From positions 9,386,638 to 9,406,637 of the forward strand of contig NW_003526941.1 in the NCBI RefSeq assembly GCF_000181795.1: a stretch of DNA of 20,000 nucleotides. The letters run 5' to 3'. The stretch's first letter is position 1, and each line of letters starts with the position of its first letter. Position numbers and translations under genes: made by a program. Below are positions 1 through 20,000 of the stretch, one piece after another. Under the pieces are notes generated by a model. It saw only the letters and a program-made list of their open reading frames with translations. It had not been told where the DNA came from and ran no database searches. The stretch is from Trichinella spiralis (taxonomy: Eukaryota).

Positions 1-274
1 TTTTTGCAGAAAGAATGATTATATTAAATTAAAGAAGTTGTTTTCTATTTAAAAATTGATTTTTTGACTTGATAGTTGTACGCTGTTTTTTTCACTGTAC
101 TTTCGGCATTGAAAATTTTCAATACTTCAGCACTATGAGATTTTTATTTTTTTTCACATGGTTGAAAGTTTTTTATTAACAAATTGTTTAATTTTAATAA
201 AGATGAGATTTTGTGCATGTTGCTTTATAAAATTAATGGAACGTATTTTTTTTATTATCTGAAATGTTTTCTAG

Positions 275-1703
<1,429 letters not shown>

Positions 1704-2248
1704 CCAACGCCGAAGCGTGCGTACTTATTTAATAATGATTTAAAGAAAAGAATTTTATATTGGCTGTTTTGTTGCATAAATTGCAAAATTCTGTTGCTAT
1801 TTAAAAAGTGCCTTTTCACTTTCGGCTTAGAAACAAAGTTTCATTTCGTTTTTGTAATTTACTTATAGGTTGTGATGACCAGAATATTGTTATTTTTTGT
1901 CTCAGATGAAATTATCATTTATTTATACGGTTGTGTTATTACAAACGTGTATTAATTAAAATATTTTCACAATTTTTTAGATTTTTGATTTTGTTGCATT
2001 CTACCGATATGTTATTTCTAACCTATTTTGCATTTTCCACGTCTTGAAAAACAACGGTGGTTAAATTATCATTTCAGGTTATTACTGTTAAAGCATATAT
2101 CATTTGTTCTGATTGAACAGCGCAGATTGTTTCAAGGTGAGATTATTACAATGTTCTTATTGTTTTCTTATTTTTATTTTTTAGGTGTTAAAAGCTTGTA
2201 TTATTATTATTATTGCTGTTATCATATTTAGAAATTTCTTCGTTGAAG

Positions 2249-2781
<533 letters not shown>

Positions 2782-2909
2782 ATAGGCATTTATAATGCAT
2801 CTTCATTCTTTATTTGATTAAAGCTGATTTGTGTTATTTGAAATTTAAACTACTTGTGTGCATTTGTACACCATGCTACAGTGATATCAATTTGCCAGTA
2901 GTGTAGTAA

Positions 2910-2915
2910 AATAAA
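2910..2915 (+). promoter_or_regulatory. Candidate poly(A) signal of the LisH-like gene
   Basis: AATAAA about 130 nt after the TGA at 2781. Confidence 0.4.
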
Positions 2916-3244
2916 TTGAAAAAGAGCAAGCGTTTGTCAGTGGTAATTTATGCCTTATGGGTTTGAAGAAAACAGGTCTAAAATGTGATTATTTTTAGTC
3001 AAAGAAGTTTCAAACTATAATTTGTCGACATAGCAGCTGTAATGGGCAGGCATGCAAAATTTGTTGCCAAAAGGTGTACTGTATTCAGTTGACCGAAAAA
3101 TTACATCTTGCATATCAAAATTACTATACCAGATAAAGTTACGTGTTTTCAACTTGCGTATTTTGTTTGTTTTTATGTAATGCATTGTTTTTCATAACTC
3201 TGCAGAAAATTGTTTCCATTCAATTCAGTTGTATTTCAGTTTAA

Positions 3245-6483
<3,239 letters not shown>

Positions 6484-6647
6484 GCGAAGTTTATTGTTGG
6501 TGTAAAAGAGTAAAGTGCTTTTTTTAAAAAAAAATTCATTCAATTTCGTTTTCTGATGTTGTTGAAGAATTTTGAAAAGGTTGTTTTGTTTTTTTGTTAG
6601 ATTTTGATAATGAAAAAAATTGCAAAATTTTTTTTATCTAATTATGA

Positions 6648-6786
6648 AATAAAGCAAAAAAGAAATGTATGGTGTACATGATGTACGCATGAGTGTGTGC
6701 AAGTTCCGGAATGATCGGAAAAAATATTTTATCATCGTATTAAATGGGAATTTATTAATTAGTGTTGTTTCATGCATAAATTTCAG
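6648..6786 (+). promoter_or_regulatory. Putative intercistronic region ABCF1->PIN4: poly(A) signal, Ur-like element and trans-splice acceptor
   Basis: AATAAA 6648-6653; stem-loop TTCCG-GAATGAT-CGGAA 6704-6720; TATTTT (UAYYUU) 6725-6730; acceptor TTTCAG 6781-6786 directly abutting the PIN4 ATG. I see no consensus donor between the poly(A) signal and the acceptor. Confidence 0.6.
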
Positions 6787-7264
<478 letters not shown>

Positions 7265-8686
7265 TATTGTTTGTTGTATCTATTTTCATCTTTTCTTTTC
7301 ATCATCACTCTTGAACTTATGAAATCCACAAAACATGATTGTAATGACAAGTGCGTTTCATAGAATTATGTTGTAATATTTATTGTATGAAAATCTGTTA
7401 AATTTATTACAGAGAACAGCATTTTTTGTTGGATATTTTTATTTAGCAGATATAAGTTAATTTTTTTAATGATTTAGTTATTTTGACTAAATTTCGAGAA
7501 CTTCTTCGTTCAGCAGAAAGGCGCTAGATGACTTTTTTCTTTCATGGGTCCAAATTATTGACAGTGATTTCTGTTTATGAAATTTCAGATTTTTCAGTTA
7601 ATAAATCTCAAATCATGAAAGGAACAGGTGCATTTAACAAACGTGACGTCTGACGAATAAAATGGAGTATAGAAAATTTTATTAACTTACTTATGCTCAG
7701 GTTTACACTAATGACTGCTAACAAAGTATGAAATGTAAGTCATTTATTTTTGTAATTTGTCTTATTGTTTATTGGATCAATTGTTTTAGCTAATGTAAGC
7801 AACATTTTTCAAGTAGTCCATATTATTTTATACAGTTAAGTTGAACCTTTTTGTCATTTGGTTTACTGTAATGCAATAAAATGTTTTTGGTTTATTAAAT
7901 TAATAAGTGAAGTAAGTAAGATGTTTTATTGTTTGAAAAAATAATGCTTTTTTTCTTAAGTGTTTACAGTATTTTTAATTTTTCATCTGTTAAGATATAT
8001 GCTTCGATTTGCATATACTGTTTAAAAAGATCTATTTCTTAGAAGTAACCATGTAATTGTGCATTCATTCAACAAAATTCATGTAGTAGTATTTGATAAA
8101 TGAATAGTATTCTCTTCTGATCATCATGATATTATTTGTCAGAGTTTTTAAATAGTTGTTTGTTGTATGTTCTGTGCTTCAGTTTTACCGAAATATTTGA
8201 GATCGTGAAATGTTTCTTAATTCAGAGTTGCGCTTTGCATGAAGTAATATTGTGTCTCATTTGAATACAATTCCAAGATTTCTTGCACTATCTATTGTGG
8301 TGAACATTTACCAAATTAATAATTGTGTTTTTATTTCTTATTATTCTTGAAAAATGTGATTGCGAAGCGATAAGAAGTTCATAATTCACATTTAAACCCA
8401 TTTCGAATTGGCTCCATTAGCATACTTGAGCATTTTTGATTTACAGAAAATTGTATTTTTTGCCTTACTTGAAATCTGTTTTGTCAATTGATTTTGTAAG
8501 TATACATGTCAGTTTGGGCAAAACCATGATGTTGTTTTGATGTTTGACTGATTATGGTATTTTTTGATCTTGGAAATTTTATTTAAGAAAGTTATTTTGA
8601 TATTACAAAGAAACTAATATGATTTTTGAAATTTTTTAGGAAATAACATCGCTGGTATTTGTTAGAAGAAAAGATTGTTTGTAGCA

Positions 8687-11884
<3,198 letters not shown>

Positions 11885-13121
11885 AGGTTTATTCTTTTTT
11901 ATAATTTTCTTTTCTATTTTTATTCATTCAATTTGTTTAGCAAGTTTGCGTTTATTCCCGTGGATGTCAGTTTTATTTAGTTGTGTTTTCTTCACGCTGA
12001 ATTTGAAGATTCGTATAAGTACAAAGGCTTTTTTGCGTGATGTATACATTTCATTTTGCAGTTTTTTTACAAATGTCTATTTATCTAGTTGTTTTACTGA
12101 TTTTGCTTTGTATTATGCTGAAATTAAAATTCGAAAACAATGGATTGTTGAATGAAACGTTATTTTCGCGTTGGTAACAGATTATTTATTTAGGTAATTA
12201 TACATTTATTTATTTGCTTATAGCAGTTAAACTGGATCATTTGATCACTTCCTTATTTGAATTAATATCAAATTGGGGTATACTGTAATTCATTTTTTTA
12301 ACTTGATTATTTAACTACAGTAAGCCATCTGTTTAGGATTTTGATTTTAGGTCGTTTTTGTTGTTGTTAGTTTGTGCGAAGAAAAGGTTTTCGTTTTTTT
12401 TACTAAACTTGAAAAACTAACATAATTGCACATTTGCATTCTGGTTCTGCGTTAAGCGTAAACTGAACTATACACATATGTATTTATTTATTCATTTTAT
12501 AAAGTAAGTTGTAGCTTTTAGGGAAGAATTTGCATTTTCAATGGTTAATAAGTTTTTAGACTATTATGATGAAAAGTTGTAATAGATTTTGGAAATGCAC
12601 TATAAGTTTTATAGGTGTTTTATCATATATGTTTGCAAGCTGAAATGAAATATTTGTTGTTTGTTTCAGCTGGAATTTTCTGCTGCCTTTATTGTAAATC
12701 ATAATTGTCTATCGTAATGTTGTTGCATTTATGAGACTGAATGCATTTGATGCAAAATGTGAGTGGAAGAGTTTATGTGTAATATACAAATTTGAACTAA
12801 ATTTGCTTATTAGAAAGTGAGTTTTATCAAGTGGCTTGTTTTTCTGTATATGCCTTATGTAAATGCACTAAATAATGGTGTAAAATATGTAGAATGCTTG
12901 AAATCTAGCAGCCTTTGCGCACCATATTTTTGCTCAGTGCATGGCACTTGAAAGTATTTTTTACGTCTTCTGCAGTGTTCTCTGCAAGAGATAAATATTT
13001 TAACATTTTATCCACTAAGATGAGAGAAACAGTTCTTAATTAATTTGAAATGGTTGCTTTTTATAGAATGCGTTGTGGTAAAGTGCGAAGGATATGGTGA
13101 AAGAAAAATGTGCTGGTGAAA

Positions 13122-16481
<3,360 letters not shown>

Positions 16482-16667
16482 ACTTCATAAATGTTATATT
16501 TCTCTAATTTTTTAATTGTTAATGAGCAAAACATTGCGACTGTTCTTTTTACTACTGTACTCATCACTGCTTTTCATTTTTCATTCACAACATGGAATAT
16601 TAATTTGTTGCTTGCCATCTTCCTTGTATTCATTAGTTCTGAAAATTATATTTCAAATCAACTTAAT

Positions 16668-16673
16668 GAATAA
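16668..16673 (+). promoter_or_regulatory. Candidate poly(A) signal of WDR48 (alternatives near 16814 and 17099)
   Basis: First AATAAA downstream of the WDR48 stop; chance matches are common in such AT-rich DNA. Confidence 0.35.
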
Positions 16674-18106
16674 AAACATAAAAAATTTTCACCTACTGCA
16701 GTTATAAAACTGAAAACAGTATAAATTCTTGTTATAATCTGTTGAAATATTAAATTGCATTATTATTCTTATGTTCTGACTATTCATTAAGTGGATTGAC
16801 TGATTTTTCATTTAATAAATTTTAAAATTCATTTTCATGTACTGTAAATGCAGATTTTTGTATTGGTGTTTAAATTTTTGTGTATTTTTTTATTTAGCTT
16901 TCAGTTATGTTTGCTAAAACAAAGGCATTTAAGTTGACGACATGTAGTGAAAATTATCTGAAAACGGTATGTAAGAAGTTTGCTGTATAGATATTTTAGA
17001 TATATTTATTATCTTTATTTTATATTTTTCATTAGTTAGACATTAATAGAGTTCATTAAATGTCGACAAGTGTCGCATTAAATGAAATTTTCCTATTCAA
17101 TAAAAAAAAGCAGTACATTCAGAAGACAAGTGTACATGTGTACTGTAATTAAAAAGGAAATTGAGTAAAATTTGAAATACAGTATATCCAGAAAAAGCAT
17201 ATTCTGAAAAAATGTAATTTTATTTTCGTGAAACTATCTTAAAAAATACACTGCTCACGGAGTAAAAGTGAAAAAGATTGATGATCATTAGTCACATAAA
17301 AAACATTACTAATTTGGACGTGGCACTACAAAGTAAGTAACATTTCACAACATTATGAGCAACACTGTAATAAAATTAATACTTTTTATCACAATAAATT
17401 AAAGTTTATAAATTCCATGTAGATTTATTTTAAATGTTTAAATTTATAACAGCAATAGCAAATATCAAATGAATCGGGTAATTGATATTTTAATGTTTAC
17501 ACAACAAGGGTAAGTTTCTTTAGAGCATTTAAATTTTAATATTCATAACCTTTATTCATATTTCAATATATTGTAGCATTCCCTACTGACATAATGGAAA
17601 AGAAGATTATATAAATTTCCATAGAGAAAGCATAAATAAGTATTTTTTTAATTTATTCTTTAGATTATTTGAACAACGTTGAACAGTGCAAATCAATACT
17701 TTTTTCAGACAATCGCTAACTTTCTTTAAGCTGCATTTTTAGCTTCTTCACTAACTCACCAAGAGATTTTCATCCACAGAATTCGATATAGAGCACTCCA
17801 TTATACAAATAATGATCGTCACAAAGGTGCCTTATCATCAAGTGGTAGCGTCGTAAAATATTCTCTGAATTAACTATGGCGTCAAAAATTAGTTTAAAGG
17901 TAATTTAAAGTAATTCTGTTTTCTACTTGTGTTAGTTATCTTCAAAAACTGTGCACACTTATTTTGTAAACGTTATCTTTTGATTAAAAATTTAATGTAA
18001 TTATTATATTTGAAAATTCAGTTTTCAATTTATTGTAACTTTCACTATGTGATAAAAGGGCGACTATTTGGTTATTTAGCATTTAACATTATTGCACATA
18101 TGAACA

Positions 18107-18187
18107 ATGGAGAAAAAAAGAGTTTTAAACCGCCTTCTACAGGGAACAGAAGACGGGCGTAACGAAGCACAACAACAGAATGCAGAG
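18107..18187 (+). other. Possible isolated first coding exon (27 codons)
   Basis: Acceptor tatttag at 18079, ATG 18107, MEKKRVLNRLLQGTEDGRNEAQQQNAE, then donor AG|GTATGT; locally GC-richer. No in-phase downstream exon identified. Confidence 0.25.
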
Positions 18188-18585
18188 GTATGTGTGATTT
18201 TCTGTCAGTCAGGATTCTGTAATTCGAGGTGGGGATACAGCGAAGGGTGAATTTTATTCTTTAGTTTAATTAAAATTGGTAAATGTAAGATGTAAATAAG
18301 ATTTTTCCCTGTAAAACGGTATTTTTTGTTTTATACATGAGATGGTATTGAGATTAGGGAAGAATGACTTGATTGTTAGAATTTAATTTTAGCTCATTTA
18401 AACCACTTTCAATGCTGCGCGCCTGGTGTCTCTCTATTATAAGCACATCATCTTCTATTGTAGATTGCTTTTTCAATAGTTTAACAAGCATTTACTTGAA
18501 AATTTCTCAATTCAAAGCATCTTCTTTGACAGAAATTAACTTCACATTATCAACGTTGTTATTCCTTTTTTTCAAAAATGCGGAG

Positions 18586-18688
18586 GCGTGTTTTGACTAA
18601 GTGAATATTTTTGTTATGGCGTTTATTGCCAGATAGTTTATATTTTGACTGAATTGTCAATGTCAAGGTCATTTTTGAATTTTCAAAT
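18586..18688. repeat. Copy 1 of a 103-bp diverged direct repeat (copy 2 at 19561-19663)
   Basis: Ungapped manual alignment gives 84/103 identities; shared cores TGCCAGATAGTTTATATTTT and CATTTTTGAATTTTCAAAT. Confidence 0.9.
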
Positions 18689-19560
18689 GACTGTCATCAT
18701 TGAAAGTTTAATTTGCCACTCTATATGAATTGTTTTTTCAAATCATTATTTTTTCTCTTATTTTACAACAAGCCAGCATTTCATATAAAATGAGCAAGTA
18801 TTTCATTTTTTGTATTTAAAATATTTTTAGTTTTCGAAATAAACTTGGTAATAAAGATGAAATTATTGTTTCCGCAGTGTGAGTTATATATTCTCTCAAA
18901 CACCGTGTATTAGTTAAGTAAATAAAGCGCAGTGAAAACTGCGCACTAGTTATATTTATGAGCAGGAAAGAATGAAATAAAAATTTGCATACAGGTTCGT
19001 TTGCTTTATTCACATATTAAACATAATTATAGTTTGACGGGGTCCGTGGATGAAAGGGCTGTGATCTGACAACGACCAACATTAAGCGCCAAACAATTCA
19101 TTTGTTTTCTTTTTTAATTATTGTTTTTTGGAATAATTTCTGAAAAATAATTTTTCAATCATGAACACTGAAAGAACATGGACATCAACAATGAGAAGAC
19201 GGCGCATTGAGTAGTAAGTGGCAGTTTTTTCACTTTTATGTCGTAATCACTTAACAATGCAATTGAGAATCGATATTTAGCATAATTTCTCATTATATTC
19301 TCTATGAAGAATTCTCAACATAAGATGATAGTTGATTACATGAACGTCAAATTTCCATACAATTAAGATTGATTAAATAATACCATACAGGTATTGTTTA
19401 TCTATTATTAAAATATGGTCGTTTGAAGATCATCTTCACGATACCTAACAGGCACATTTAATTGACTAAACAAGCTACTGCTTGCAAGCAGCTCAGTTAA
19501 AATCAGCTTCATTTGAACTACTTGCTTTTCTGAATTAAGAAAATTTTCAGACATACATTG

Positions 19561-19663
19561 GTGCGTTTTGTCAAAGTCAACTTTTTAGTTATGGTGTTTT
19601 CTGCCAGATAGTTTATATTTTAACTAATTTTTCAAAATTAAGGACATTTTTGAATTTTCAAAT
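19561..19663. repeat. Copy 2 of a 103-bp diverged direct repeat (copy 1 at 18586-18688)
   Basis: Same alignment, offset 975 bp, same orientation. Confidence 0.9.
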
Positions 19664-20000
19664 ATTCCTTACTAGTTGAATTGTTGGACAGTGCGTTTCT
19701 TCTGTTCATACTGTATCCCGGCATAGGTTAGAATTTATCAATGCGTGATGCACAACTTCTAGTACTTCAACCCAGCATGTGCATTATATTAATTAATCAA
19801 TTCATTCTGCTTGTGTTTTAAGCAAATGTCATGTTTTGCCATTCTTCTGTTTTAGGCATTCATTTTTTCCTCTTTTCAAAGTGGTTGATCAAAGTCTGAT
19901 TGAAATGTTCACTAAACAATCAGTTCCTTTAAATAAATGAATGAATTTTGCTGTAATATTGCGAACATATTTATTTACCGTGCCAGGTGCAGCTCCATTT

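Noticed and set aside
2999..3073. ATG-containing segment (MGRHAKFVAK) as a possible upstream ABCF1 coding exon
   Set aside because: It does not join the ABCF1 frame through acceptors 3205 or 3239, and the donor is weak.
16491..16707. Hydrophobic 60-63 aa ORFs after WDR48 (also 2028-2231 and 11946-12155)
   Set aside because: F/I/L/Y-rich translations expected from T-rich UTR or intergenic DNA; no splice or homology support.

Overview
AT-rich eukaryotic genomic DNA with many short (~50-100 nt) GT-AG introns. It looks nematode-like, most plausibly clade I such as Trichinella (my inference, not verified). Positions 304-16481 hold six closely spaced, intron-rich genes, all on the + strand, which I reconstructed exon by exon: the 3' part of a FAM102A/EEIG1 (NT-C2) gene, a 134-aa LisH-like orphan, ABCF1, PIN4 (parvulin 14), WRAP53/TCAB1 and WDR48/UAF1. 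The shared orientation, splice acceptors just before start codons, and a recurring stem-loop + TATTTT (UAYYUU, Ur-element-like) motif 41-75 nt upstream of those acceptors suggest a trans-spliced operon. Secondary signals are a frame-breaking microexon in WRAP53, three uATGs in the WDR48 leader, two intronic hairpins, a weak box C/D snoRNA candidate, and a 103-bp ungapped direct repeat in the gene-poor last 3.5 kb. Most supplied six-frame ORFs are exon fragments or antisense shadows.
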